From NCBI GenBank assembly GCA_044222185.1, contig JBGANV010000001.1, positions 32,001 to 96,000 on the forward strand: a stretch of 64,000 nt of DNA. The letters are read 5' to 3'. The notes beneath the pieces were generated by a model. That model was not told where the DNA came from and searched no databases. It saw only the letters and a program-made list of their open reading frames with translations. Numbering within the stretch: position 1 is the stretch's first letter; the number at the start of each line of letters is the position of its first letter. A program made the translations under genes and the position numbers. The stretch comes from Planctomycetota bacterium. GTDB lineage: Bacteria; Planctomycetota; GCA-002687715; CAIWVZ01. This document shows, piece by piece, positions 1-12,190 of the stretch.

Positions 1-1334
<1,334 letters not shown>

Positions 1335-1618
1335 CGCCGATCGCGACGCCCATCTCGCCGGAAAAAGCCTGCCGCGCGGAACGCCAAGCTCCTGCTTGGC
1401 TGGACCGGCAGGGCTCCAGCCCTGCCGTGAATGTCGGCCGGCGAACGACGGCGTCGAGCAATCCCGGCAGGGCTGGAGCCCTGCCAACCTGCCGCGTTGG
1501 AACGCGGCGCTCCGCCGATCGCGACGGTCATCTCGCCGGAAAAAGCCTGCCGCGCGGAACGCCAAGCTCCTGCTTGGCTGGACCGGCAGGGCTCCAGCCC
1601 TGCCGTGAACGTCGGCCG
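1335..1618. repeat. Two ~106-bp direct repeats (1335-1440, 1513-1618) built from REP-like palindromes, with an inverted palindrome copy in the spacer
   Basis: Near-identical units CGCCGATCGCGACG...GTCGGCCG. Hairpins GCCAAGC-TCCT-GCTTGGC and GGCAGGGC-TCCA-GCCCTGCC; reverse-complement copy at 1466-1485. Confidence 0.9.
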
Positions 1619-1632
1619 CCCGCCGACCGCAC

Positions 1633-1875
1633 TCACTCCGCGCCGTCGCGCGGCGGGGACTTCGGCGGCACGAAATCGAAGCCGCCGCGGCATAGCGGTT
1701 GGCAACGCAAGATTCGCCGCACGCCGAGCGCCGTTCCGCGCAGGGCGCCGTGGATCCGCAACGCTTCGATCATGTATTGGCTGCAGGACGGGAAAAACCG
1801 GCAGCGATCGCCGACCCAGATCGACAACGTCATCTGGTATAGCCGGACGAGCCCGATGAGCAGCCGCGCGATCAT
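1633..1875 (-). CDS. yidD: Membrane protein insertion efficiency factor YidD
   Basis: [10 protein letters not shown] and [14 protein letters not shown] motifs; ATG 1875 overlaps the rnpA stop. Confidence 0.93.
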   Translation of the reverse strand: MIARLLIGLVRLYQMTLSIWVGDRCRFFPSCSQYMIEALRIHGALRGTALGVRRILRCQPLCRGGFDFVPPKSPPRDGAE

Positions 1876-2255
1876 CGCGTCCGGTCGACCTTCCGGATGC
1901 GATCGAGGAGTCCGGCGAACGACGCGTCCACCAGCGCCCACACCTGGGCCTTCGCGTTGTCACGCGCCATCACGACGAGGTCCAGGCCGACGGGCAGCGT
2001 CGCACGGCGCAGCCGGAACGCCTCGCGGATGAGTCGCCGGATGCGGTTGCGCCGCACGGCACCGATGCCCCGGACCGCGATCGCAAGGCCGAGGCGAGTC
2101 GCACCGGTTGCATTCGGCTTCCACGCGATGGCGAGAACGTCGTCTGCCACCGACCGCCGAGCTGCCCGCACGGCCTGAAATTCGCGCGGAGTGAGAATCC
2201 GCGCGGACTTGGGAAAACGCGCCGTGCCGCGTCGTGAATCGTCGCTCTCGCTCAT
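1872..2255 (-). CDS. rnpA: Ribonuclease P protein component
   Basis: [32 protein letters not shown] (RNR motif), LDLVV; start placed at ATG 2255. Confidence 0.9.
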   Translation of the reverse strand: MSESDDSRRGTARFPKSARILTPREFQAVRAARRSVADDVLAIAWKPNATGATRLGLAIAVRGIGAVRRNRIRRLIREAFRLRRATLPVGLDLVVMARDNAKAQVWALVDASFAGLLDRIRKVDRTR

Positions 2256-2374
2256 CTCGTTCGGCCTTTGCCGCCACGATCCTACGCCGTGCCGGGCCCT
2301 CCAGCAGCGGACGCCTCGCCCGCCCACCGGGCTCTTGGTAGGTTGCCCCCTCGTTTCCCACACCGAGCCATTCC

Positions 2375-3859
<1,485 letters not shown>

Positions 3860-3863
3860 TGGC

Positions 3864-3888
3864 CGCGCCCCGGGATGCCCGGGGCGCG
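3864..3888. terminator. GC-rich hairpin between convergent genes
   Basis: CGCGCCCCGGG-ATG-CCCGGGGCGCG; no U-tract. Confidence 0.45.
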
Positions 3889-3889
3889 A

Positions 3890-4714
3890 TCACGGACTCG
3901 TGACGAGCACGAGACCGTTCCAAACCGCGTGCGTGAGCATGGACGGGTACAGGCTGCCCGTCCGCCGCCGCAGCCATCCGAACACGAGCCCCATGACGAA
4001 GTGACTCACGAAGATCATGGGCTCCATGTGCAGCACGGAGAACGCGGCGGCCTGCACGAGCCACGCATCGCGCGGCGCCATGACCCGGTCGAGCCTCGCC
4101 AGGATCACACCGCGAAACGCCGTCTCCTCGATGATCGGCGTGACGATCGCGGTCAGCACGAAGTCCCAGGCGAACGGCCAGTCGTTCGCCGCGAAGGAAT
4201 CGACGGTCGCCGCGGGTGGCCCGGCGAGCCATTCGGCGCACCCCAGGTACGCCGTCATGAACACCCAGAAGGCACCGACGGCTGCCAGCGGCATCCACCA
4301 CGTCCGGGCCGTGAACCCCAAGCGCGCGAGCGGCTCCGAAAGCGCCTTCCGATCGGCGATCGCGAACACGGCGACGATCAACGTCATCGCCGACGTGCCG
4401 ACCACCTCGAGGACCGGCGAATCGGCGCGCATCGCGACCCCGACGAAGCCGAGAAGCCCGTTGGTCGCAAGCAGCAGGAGCCACAGGGTCACGGCGGGAC
4501 TGAGGACTCTCCGATCGTGCCCGAGCGTGCGATCGACGGCGCGGGGGGAATGCCAATCCGCACGCTGGGCGCGGCGATCGACGCGGCGCGGCAGCGGCGC
4601 GGCCGCAGGCGCGGGCGGATCAGCTGGCGCTGGCTGCGCCGGAGGGCCCACCGTCGCCGCGTCGCTCCATTCATCGTCGTCCGTGAGTTCGCCGGGCGGC
4701 GCCGCGTCCGTCAC
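3890..4714 (-). CDS. CPBP (CAAX/Abi) family intramembrane glutamic endopeptidase
   Basis: EETAFRG, FSVLH and HAVWN motifs; multiple TM segments; GTGA overlap with upstream gene. Confidence 0.88.
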   Translation of the reverse strand: MTDAAPPGELTDDDEWSDAATVGPPAQPAPADPPAPAAAPLPRRVDRRAQRADWHSPRAVDRTLGHDRRVLSPAVTLWLLLLATNGLLGFVGVAMRADSPVLEVVGTSAMTLIVAVFAIADRKALSEPLARLGFTARTWWMPLAAVGAFWVFMTAYLGCAEWLAGPPAATVDSFAANDWPFAWDFVLTAIVTPIIEETAFRGVILARLDRVMAPRDAWLVQAAAFSVLHMEPMIFVSHFVMGLVFGWLRRRTGSLYPSMLTHAVWNGLVLVTSP

Positions 4715-5499
4715 GCCATGGCCCCCTCGGCGCTATCTGCATTCCGAGCGTCTCGGGCCTTGGCACGCAGGTACGTCTGCTCGGCGAGCGCGGCATACAC
4801 GCCACGCCCGAGACTGCCGATCGCGATGACCTTCATGATGATCCCCTGTGTCAGCGTCTTGGGATCGACGATCATGTTTCCGATCAGCACCACGAGGTAG
4901 ACGCCGAGAGCGGTGAGGATCGCCGGCATCGGTGCCTTGCGGGCCCAAAAGCACAGGCCGACCATCGCCGCCGCGAGAAGGTAGTTCGTGACGAAGATGA
5001 GGCGCGGCGCCGCGGCGACCTCTTCACGCAACGAGGCGACCGTACGCTCGCCGCGCCCATTGGGGAGGCGGATTACCTCGTCGTCCGCACGCTTCGAAAG
5101 CAGGACGAGCGCCTCGTCGGCATCCGACTTCACCATGAACCCGGAGATGGTTCCGCCGATCGTGAAGAGCACCGCGAGCAACGCGATGGTCGCTGCCGCG
5201 CGGGAGACCTTGGACCGCCGTTCCGACTGGGCCATCCGCTCCACCATTCCCACTCGTCCAGGAACGGGGCGACGGCGCGGCGGCGCGGCGACGGGTGCCG
5301 CGGCCGCCACGTCGGCGGCTGGTTTCCCATCGTCGGGTCCCGACGCGCTGGCGCCGGGATCGACGGCGGCGGGTTCTGGCTCGGGTGCCGGTTCTCCTGC
5401 CGCCTTCACCACACCACCGCAGTCGCGGCATCGGTAGATTCGATCGACGCTCGGAACGGTCCACGCCTTTCCACATCCCTGGCAAGTCGCTTGACTCAC
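4711..5499 (-). CDS. Hypothetical membrane protein with N-terminal Zn-ribbon
   Basis: CQGC...CRDC, Pro/Ala linker, ~4 TM helices; GGAG RBS before GTG 5499. Confidence 0.7.
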   Translation of the reverse strand: MSQATCQGCGKAWTVPSVDRIYRCRDCGGVVKAAGEPAPEPEPAAVDPGASASGPDDGKPAADVAAAAPVAAPPRRRPVPGRVGMVERMAQSERRSKVSRAAATIALLAVLFTIGGTISGFMVKSDADEALVLLSKRADDEVIRLPNGRGERTVASLREEVAAAPRLIFVTNYLLAAAMVGLCFWARKAPMPAILTALGVYLVVLIGNMIVDPKTLTQGIIMKVIAIGSLGRGVYAALAEQTYLRAKARDARNADSAEGAMA

Positions 5500-5639
5500 G
5501 CCTGATCTCCCGCGAGGACCGCGCGTCAAGTGACGGTGAGGGCCTCGCAACACGCTGAATTCCCGAGAAGCCTATTCGGCCGCGCCGGAGCGCGATAGGG
5601 GGCGACGGAGAAACCGGCGGCCCCGTCGACGGCGCGGCC

Positions 5640-5924
5640 TCACGAGTCCGGCGCGAGGAAAGGCGCCAGCCCGAACGGCGCAACGACGGCCAGCACGATG
5701 AGCACGCCGGCCACGGCGATCCGCGGATTCTCACGCAGGCCGGTGCCCGAGTCGCGCATCCTCCACGCCATCGTCGCCGGCATGAGGGCGAGGAGGCCGA
5801 ACACCGGCGAGTACGGGGTGGAGATGCAGCAGGTGAACCGGGCCAGTCCGCAGCCGACGACGAGTCCGATCGCCGCGAGCACGATCGCCGCGTTCGCCAG
5901 ACGCCGCGCCGTGGGCTCGGGCAC
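5640..5924 (-). CDS. Small hypothetical membrane protein (3 TM)
   Basis: Hydrophobic 94-aa ORF whose start overlaps the upstream stop. Confidence 0.5.
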   Translation of the reverse strand: MPEPTARRLANAAIVLAAIGLVVGCGLARFTCCISTPYSPVFGLLALMPATMAWRMRDSGTGLRENPRIAVAGVLIVLAVVAPFGLAPFLAPDS

Positions 5925-7063
5925 TACTTGCCCGGGGAGGCCTTCGCGCGCTCCGTGAGCTTCGCGTCGAACTCCTTGCGAAGGCGCATCGCCGTGTGGA
6001 TGTCCTCGTCGTACTCCTCGCGCTTCTGGGAGGATCGGCGGAGGAACTCATCCAGGTGCTGGAGACCGGTCTCGTACATCTGGAGCTTGCCCTCGGCCTC
6101 ACCGAGCTTGAGGTAGAGGTCGCGGCGGTCCGGCTCGATCGTGATCGCCTCGTCCATCAGGCGCTTGGCTTCGTGATATTCGCCCCGTGCCCAGGCGAGC
6201 TGCGCAAGATCCACGAGTACGCTGACCTGCTTCGCCGAGTTCGAGTTGAGCTTCGAATCGATGAACTGCATGGCCGTTTCCTGCTGGTCACGGTCGAAGT
6301 TCTTGGCGATCTTCTCCTTCGTCGGCTCGAGTTCCTTCTCGCGCGTGGCCCGCGCCATCTGGAGGTACCGGCGGAGTTCGCGCTCGGCGAGGGCGTCCTG
6401 GCGGGTGACGATGTACAGCTCGCCCAGGTTCTTCGTGGCCTCCGGCGTGGCGTGCTGCTGAGCCGCCAGCTTCTGGAAGATGGCGATCGATGCCGCGTAG
6501 TTGCGATCACGGCGCACCGTCGATTCAGCCGCCTTTCCCAACGCCGACTGCGCCTCGGCTCCCCCGCGGCTGGCCAGCGCCGTGTAGGACGTCGCATCCA
6601 GCTGGTCGAGGTAGCCCAGATGGCGCGTGGCCAGCGCGACGCCGAGGGCGGCGCGCCACTGAGGCTCCTTGTTCGTGGGGTCGACGGCGTCGGGCTCGAT
6701 CGTGCCGTTCCACAGGTCGCGGAATTCCTTCTCGGCCGTCTGCACTTGTGCGCGCGCGGCCCCGACGTCCCGCCTCATCAGGACGGACTCGTGCGAAAGG
6801 TACAGGTCGCAGAAGGCGATGCCGAGCTTGGCCATCCAGTTCTGGGGTTCCAGCTCGAGTTGCTTCGTCCACTGGTCCTTCGCACGGTTGAAGTCGCCGC
6901 CGTCGTAGTACTGCTTGGCGTTGTAGGAGTAGTCAGCAGCCGCGAACTGCCGGGCCGGGACATCCTCCTTCGGTGGCTCGTTGTCATCCGGGTAGAGAGC
7001 ACAGCCGGGCACGAGCAGCGCCGACAGGCTGAGGCACAGCAACGCTGGGCGACGCCATTCCAT
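5924..7063 (-). CDS. TPR-repeat lipoprotein
   Basis: Lipobox-like LVPGC after a hydrophobic stretch; TPR-like helices (AKQYYDGGDFNRAKDQW, LAQLAWARGEYHEAKRLM); GGAG RBS before ATG 7063. Confidence 0.75.
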   Translation of the reverse strand: MEWRRPALLCLSLSALLVPGCALYPDDNEPPKEDVPARQFAAADYSYNAKQYYDGGDFNRAKDQWTKQLELEPQNWMAKLGIAFCDLYLSHESVLMRRDVGAARAQVQTAEKEFRDLWNGTIEPDAVDPTNKEPQWRAALGVALATRHLGYLDQLDATSYTALASRGGAEAQSALGKAAESTVRRDRNYAASIAIFQKLAAQQHATPEATKNLGELYIVTRQDALAERELRRYLQMARATREKELEPTKEKIAKNFDRDQQETAMQFIDSKLNSNSAKQVSVLVDLAQLAWARGEYHEAKRLMDEAITIEPDRRDLYLKLGEAEGKLQMYETGLQHLDEFLRRSSQKREEYDEDIHTAMRLRKEFDAKLTERAKASPGK

Positions 7064-7206
7064 TTCGAGACTCCAGGAGAAGGACCCGTTCGTGGGCGAC
7101 CGGGATGGGCGACAGGGAATGCGGATGGTAGGGACCCTGGCGGGCCCAATCAACGAGCGCGGCGCGCCCGCGGTGGCGTCCCCCCCGCGGGGTAGCGTCC
7201 GGTGCC

Positions 7207-7707
7207 GTGCCCCCCGGGATCCTCGTTTTGCTGCTTTTCGCGGTCCTGGCGCTCCTCGCCTTGCGTCAATGGGCGCGCGTCGGTGGCCTGGGCGGCGTCA
7301 ACCTTCGTGACCTCGATGCCATGAGTGGCACTGAGTTCGAGGCCTGGGTCGCGCAGCGATTCCATGCCGCGGGATGGAACGTCACGCGACGGGGCGGACC
7401 GGGAGATTTCGGTTCGGATCTCATCGTCGTGAAAGGCCGGCAGGTCTTGTCCGTTCAGATCAAGCGAAGTTCCGCGCCCGTCGGGAACCGGGCGGTCCAG
7501 CAGGCCTCAGCTGGAGCCGAATTCTTCCAATGCCAGGGGGCCGTCGTCGTGACCCAGTCGCGCTTCACGTCAGCGGCTCGTGAACAGGCGGGCCGTAGCC
7601 TGCTGCCCGTGGTCCTGATCGACCGGAACGGACTCGCCGCAATGACCCGAATGCTCGAGACGCTCGCGATCACGGAAATCGACGAGGAAGGCGGGCTCAG
7701 GTGTTGA
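7207..7707 (+). CDS. Membrane-anchored Mrr-like (Mrr_cat) restriction endonuclease domain protein
   Basis: N-terminal TM helix; EFEAW, GDFGSDL, VQIK (D..QxK), VVVTQSRFT.AA pattern. Confidence 0.8.
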   Translation: MPPGILVLLLFAVLALLALRQWARVGGLGGVNLRDLDAMSGTEFEAWVAQRFHAAGWNVTRRGGPGDFGSDLIVVKGRQVLSVQIKRSSAPVGNRAVQQASAGAEFFQCQGAVVVTQSRFTSAAREQAGRSLLPVVLIDRNGLAAMTRMLETLAITEIDEEGGLRC

Positions 7708-7828
7708 CACGCTCTCTGGGTCGCGGGCAAGCTTCGCGTGCCGTTTGCCGAATTCGCAGGACGTCCCCTCGTCCTCGCAGCAGTCGTTTCGTCGGAACCA
7801 ATCCCGTTCAACATCCAGGAGTGAATGC

Positions 7829-8851
7829 GTGAAGATTCCTTCCATAGCCATGGTCTGCCTGCTGGGCTCGGCAGCCATCGGTCAGTCATCCCTCATCGGC
7901 TTCGAGCCGCAGACGACGCCGACATGCACGACGACGTCGTTTCCCACTCCCTGTGGGACGCTCGGTGACCCCGAGGGCATCTCGTATTCGGCCCAGACGA
8001 CCGGTGGATACGCCACGCGGGCCGTTGGCGCCAACGGCCTCGGATTCCCGAGCGGCGGCACTCACTTCCTGCGCGCGATCGCGTCCGGCGTGGTCGGAGT
8101 GAATCCCTCGCCAGCGGGCGGTCCGCTCCCGCGGCCGACGACGGCAGGCACGGTGGTTTGCATCCCGATCCCGTCGGGCGCAACTGGCGTGAACTTCAAC
8201 TGGGACTTCTACAACGGCGAGGGGACGACGACGACCTACAACGACGGCATCTCCATCGACGTCGTCGACGCGACGGGCTCGCTCGTGTACGGGCTCGTCT
8301 ACGCGGACGCCGCAACGAGCGTCCCCGGCGGCGGCATCGATTCGACCGGGTCGTGCCCGTCGTTCTACACGGAGACCGCGCCGTCGGGGCTGAACCCGTT
8401 CAGCGGAGTGTTCGGTGCGATCCCCTCGGGGGCGAGCATCATGATGACCGTCTGGAACGGCGGCGACGACGCCGTCGACAGCGAGGGTGTCATCGACGAC
8501 ATCCAGTTCACCGGCAACGTGTGCTCCTGGAGCCTGACGCATCCATCGGGACCGGGCTCGATCCAGATCTCGGTGTCGAACTGCGCGCCGGGTGCGGTCT
8601 ATTTCCAGCCCGTTGGGTTCACCGCGGGAGCATTTCCGAACGGATGGGCATTGGGCGTCGATCTCACGATCACGGATTTCCTCACGGAGGTTTCCGCGGG
8701 ACCTCCGTTCCTCGGATCCCTGTCTCCGTCCGGCGGCCTCAACTTCGGACCTTTCAGCGGGCTGCCCGTGGGGGTGACGATCTACGTGGGGTTCGGTCTG
8801 TTCCAGCCCAATCTGACGACTCAATTCCCTCCGCTGGCCTTCACGTTCTGA
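7829..8851 (+). CDS. Secreted beta-rich protein, paralog A
   Basis: AGGAG RBS then GTG 7829; signal peptide ..SAAIG/Q; shares PCGTLGDPEG, WDFY, NDG, VWNGGDDAVDS and GAFPNGW..GPPFLG with the next gene. Confidence 0.8.
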   Translation: MKIPSIAMVCLLGSAAIGQSSLIGFEPQTTPTCTTTSFPTPCGTLGDPEGISYSAQTTGGYATRAVGANGLGFPSGGTHFLRAIASGVVGVNPSPAGGPLPRPTTAGTVVCIPIPSGATGVNFNWDFYNGEGTTTTYNDGISIDVVDATGSLVYGLVYADAATSVPGGGIDSTGSCPSFYTETAPSGLNPFSGVFGAIPSGASIMMTVWNGGDDAVDSEGVIDDIQFTGNVCSWSLTHPSGPGSIQISVSNCAPGAVYFQPVGFTAGAFPNGWALGVDLTITDFLTEVSAGPPFLGSLSPSGGLNFGPFSGLPVGVTIYVGFGLFQPNLTTQFPPLAFTF

Positions 8852-8941
8852 GGTGAGCGGGTGCCGGAACGTTCGTCCGCCGGTGTCATCTCGTGGCGCA
8901 CGCGGGCGTCGTCGACGGCTGGTTCACGAGGAGATTCTGAA

Positions 8942-9967
8942 ATGAAGTTCAGTGCTGTTGCATTCATGGCCGCGTTCACCGCGGTGGTGGCACTCGGGCA
9001 GGCAACGTTCGAGTTGCAATCGCCCACCTGTACGAACGTCTTCCCCGCGCCGTGCGGGACGCTCGGCGACCCGGAAGGCGTCTCCTGGAGTGGCCCGAAC
9101 GCGGCCAATGGTGGAGCCGCCTACGTCGACAACGCCGTTCTCGCCGGGTTCCCGTCGAACGGCCTCCAGTATCTGCGCGTCGTCGCGCAAGGCCCCGTCG
9201 CGGTTCCCCAGGGCGGGCCGTTCCCGCTGCCGTTCGCGGCGCCCAACGGGACGCAGGTCTGCATTCCGGTTCCGCCGGGCACGCTGCAGATCTCGTTCGA
9301 CTGGGACTTCTATGACGCCGAGGGTTTCAATGGACCCGGGACGTCGTTCAACGATGGCGTGACGATCGACCTCGTCGACTCGGCCGGCAACCGCGTGCTG
9401 AACCTGGTGTACGCGGATGACGCGAGCGCCACCGCCGGCGCGGGGACCGATGCGGGGAACTGCAGCACGTTCTCCTCCGAGATGGCCCCGAGCGGCGTGA
9501 ACACCGTTTCCGCCAGCCTCGCGACTCCGACGCTGAGCGGGTACACGCTCAACGTCGTGGTCTGGAATGGTGGCGACGATGCGGTGGACAGCGCCGCCGT
9601 CCTGGACAACCTCGTCTTCCTCAACGTTCCCGGATGCACGTTCGCGGTGACGTCTCCGCTCGGCCCGGGCTCGCTCCTGGTCTCGACGCAGAACTGCACG
9701 CCCGGAGCGACATACCTCACCCCCGTGACTCTCGTTCCCGGGGCGTTCCCCAACGGGTGGTGCTTCGGCATCGACATCTCGGTGCTCGACCTCGTGGCTC
9801 TGGCGGCGGCCGGGCCGCCGTTCCTCGGCACCCTGGACGGAACCGGCGGGTACAGCTTCGGCCCGGTCGGCGGTTTGCCGACCGGCCTCACGTTCCAGAT
9901 CGCGCACGCGCATTTCACGCCGGGGCTGACCGCCACCTTCCCCGCGCGCAGCTACACGATCCCGTGA
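8942..9967 (+). CDS. Secreted beta-rich protein, paralog B
   Basis: GAGGAG RBS then ATG 8942; signal peptide ..VVALG/Q; collinear with paralog A. Confidence 0.82.
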   Translation: MKFSAVAFMAAFTAVVALGQATFELQSPTCTNVFPAPCGTLGDPEGVSWSGPNAANGGAAYVDNAVLAGFPSNGLQYLRVVAQGPVAVPQGGPFPLPFAAPNGTQVCIPVPPGTLQISFDWDFYDAEGFNGPGTSFNDGVTIDLVDSAGNRVLNLVYADDASATAGAGTDAGNCSTFSSEMAPSGVNTVSASLATPTLSGYTLNVVVWNGGDDAVDSAAVLDNLVFLNVPGCTFAVTSPLGPGSLLVSTQNCTPGATYLTPVTLVPGAFPNGWCFGIDISVLDLVALAAAGPPFLGTLDGTGGYSFGPVGGLPTGLTFQIAHAHFTPGLTATFPARSYTIP

Positions 9968-10049
9968 GCTGAAGGCCGGACGCGAGAGTTCTCCGTGCGC
10001 GGGCGCGCCGAGCGGTGTGCCCGCGCACTTTCGTTCACGGGCTCGTGGC

Positions 10050-11549
10050 CTATGTGCGTCCGAGGAGACGCGCGAGCCGTGCGGGGTCCGGGCGCAAGTG
10101 CAGCGTCTTGTGACTCGAGAGCAGCACCTGCCCAGGGGGCGCGCCACGCGCCTTCGTGACGAACTTCCGCCGCGTCCAGGAGACGTCGCGCTTGGCGTGC
10201 GAATCCGCCTTCGAGAAGTGCACGGCGAGCGTGGCGGCGTCGAGCAACGTTTCCGGAGGAAGCTCCTCACGTGCGCGGATCACCACGTGGGAGCCTGGAT
10301 AGTCCCGTACGTGGAACCAGAAGTCGTTGCCGTTGGCGACGGCGAAGGTCAGCTCGTCGTTATCGGCGGCAGTCCTTCCCACCAGCATCTCGATTCCGTC
10401 CTTCGACACGAACGTGTGGTAGGGCTTGCGGGGCTCCTGAACCGGCTTCTTGCGCGGCGTGTCCGCGGGCACGCCGGGACGGGCCGGCTTCAGGACGCCG
10501 GCACGCTCGCCGGCTTCTCGCGCCGAGTCGAGTTCGTGCGGCGTCGTCGCCGCGGCGAACTGGGACAGGACCGCGTCGATCTTCGCCACGCGATCGAGCG
10601 TCTGCTCACGGCGGACTTGCGCCGCCTCGCGCGCGCGCTCGAGGCGATGGGCCTCGTCGAACCGCGTTGAGACCTCCTCCGCAGGCGTACGCATCGGATT
10701 GAGCGCCACGTCCACTTCGACGCTTTCGCCGGTGGTCCAGTCGACGAGCGTCGCCGATTTCATCCCGCGTTTCAGCAGATGGAGGTTCGCTTTCAGCAGC
10801 TCGCCTTCGAACCGAAGCCTTGGGATCGCGTCGCTCGCGCGGATGTCCGACTCGAGGTTCTGTGCGAGTCGGTCCAGCTTCTTGCGTTGCTGCCGCAGGT
10901 CCTGCTCGAACCGTCGGCGCGTCTCGTCGACGATGGACGTCTGTTCGCGCGGCCCGACCCAGCGCTCGAGGGCGCGCGACAGCGGGTCGTCGTCCGATTG
11001 CCGTGGCGCGAATCCATCCAACTCGATGAACGGTGGTCGGGCCGCCATCTCCCGGTCTGGCATCTGGGGTGGGCGATAACGCGCCCCGAGCTTCAGCAGC
11101 CGGTCCGCGCTCTCCGCCGTGTCCAGGAGCGCTTCGATGGTTCCGCCCTCGGAGAGGATCGCCAGGTTCGGCCGGTTGCCGAAGAGTTCGCACACGAGCG
11201 TTCGCGTGACGAGCGAGCCATCGTCGGCGCGGCACTCGAAGACGAAGTCGAGGATGCGGTCGTTCTGCCGGCTCTTGATGGAGACCAGTCGCGCGGGCTG
11301 GAGGAGGCGTCGGGCATCCTCGCAGAACTGCGGCGGAGTCTTGGGGTTGAGCGGCAGCTCGTGCGCAAAGTGCGCGCGCGCGAACCGGCGGTTCGCGACG
11401 ATCAGGATGTTGCGCTCATCTTCACCGTCGCGCTCGACGCGCAGCACCAGGCGGTCCGCCGATGGCTGGTGGATCTTCCTCACGCGCGCCTGCGCCGCGA
11501 GCCGGTCCAATTCCTCGGCGAGGAGACACAGCTCGGCGGCGGTCAGCAT
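10050..11549 (-). CDS. rqcH: NFACT/FbpA family protein (Rqc2/RqcH-like ribosome quality control factor)
   Basis: DRIL..F, ELFGNRPN, coiled coil, and NFACT-R motifs VGRTAADND and WFHVRDYPGSHVVI. Confidence 0.85.
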   Translation of the reverse strand: MLTAAELCLLAEELDRLAAQARVRKIHQPSADRLVLRVERDGEDERNILIVANRRFARAHFAHELPLNPKTPPQFCEDARRLLQPARLVSIKSRQNDRILDFVFECRADDGSLVTRTLVCELFGNRPNLAILSEGGTIEALLDTAESADRLLKLGARYRPPQMPDREMAARPPFIELDGFAPRQSDDDPLSRALERWVGPREQTSIVDETRRRFEQDLRQQRKKLDRLAQNLESDIRASDAIPRLRFEGELLKANLHLLKRGMKSATLVDWTTGESVEVDVALNPMRTPAEEVSTRFDEAHRLERAREAAQVRREQTLDRVAKIDAVLSQFAAATTPHELDSAREAGERAGVLKPARPGVPADTPRKKPVQEPRKPYHTFVSKDGIEMLVGRTAADNDELTFAVANGNDFWFHVRDYPGSHVVIRAREELPPETLLDAATLAVHFSKADSHAKRDVSWTRRKFVTKARGAPPGQVLLSSHKTLHLRPDPARLARLLGRT

Positions 11550-11586
11550 GGGATGCGTATCCGGACGCGCGTCCGGGAGCGGCCTT

Positions 11587-12057
11587 TCAGTTCACCTTCT
11601 CTTCGCTCGTGTCGTAGGCCCACGCCTGCGTGCACGGCGTCCACGTCTGGACCTCTCCGTCCTTGAAGAAGAGCTTCAGCTCGCGGGCCGCCGCCTCGGG
11701 CGAATCCGACCCGTGGATCAGGTTGAACGAATTGCTCACGCCGAAGTCGCCGCGGATCGTTCCCGGCTCGGCGTTCGACCCGAACGTGGCGCCCATCATC
11801 TTGCGGCTGATGGCGATGGCGTTGATGCCGCGGATCGCGAGCACGACGACGGGCGACGACGTCATGAAGCGCACGAGGCCCGGGTAGAACTTCCGCTCCT
11901 TGTGGGCTTCGTAGTGCGTGGCGGCGAGCTCCTGCGAGATCTTCATCATCTTCATGCCGACGATCTGGAGGCCTTTGTCCTCGAATCGGGAGATGATGCG
12001 GCCGGACATGCCGCGCTGGACGCCGTCCGGCTTCACGATGATCAGGGTCGTTTCCAT
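11587..12057 (-). CDS. ndk: Nucleoside diphosphate kinase
   Basis: TLIIVKPDGVQR, PGTIRGDF, NLIHGSDS. Confidence 0.97.
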   Translation of the reverse strand: METTLIIVKPDGVQRGMSGRIISRFEDKGLQIVGMKMMKISQELAATHYEAHKERKFYPGLVRFMTSSPVVVLAIRGINAIAISRKMMGATFGSNAEPGTIRGDFGVSNSFNLIHGSDSPEAAARELKLFFKDGEVQTWTPCTQAWAYDTSEEKVN

Positions 12058-12190
12058 GGATGGTTCCGTGTTCGAAAGGGGTGAGGCGCGGGAGCGGTGA
12101 GGTCCGGCCTTCGGGCGCGGAGCCTCCTCCCGCGGATGCGCGGAAATCCGCGCACAAGCGGGGAGATGGTGGCAGCCGCCCAATTCGCGA

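Noticed and set aside
1335-1618. CRISPR array
   Set aside because: Only two 106-bp units; no short repeat/unique spacer pattern
12127-12164. Hairpin with GGATGCG..GGAAATCC..GCAC resembling intron domain V upstream of ndk
   Set aside because: Lacks the catalytic triad context and domain VI; better explained as an ordinary intergenic stem-loop
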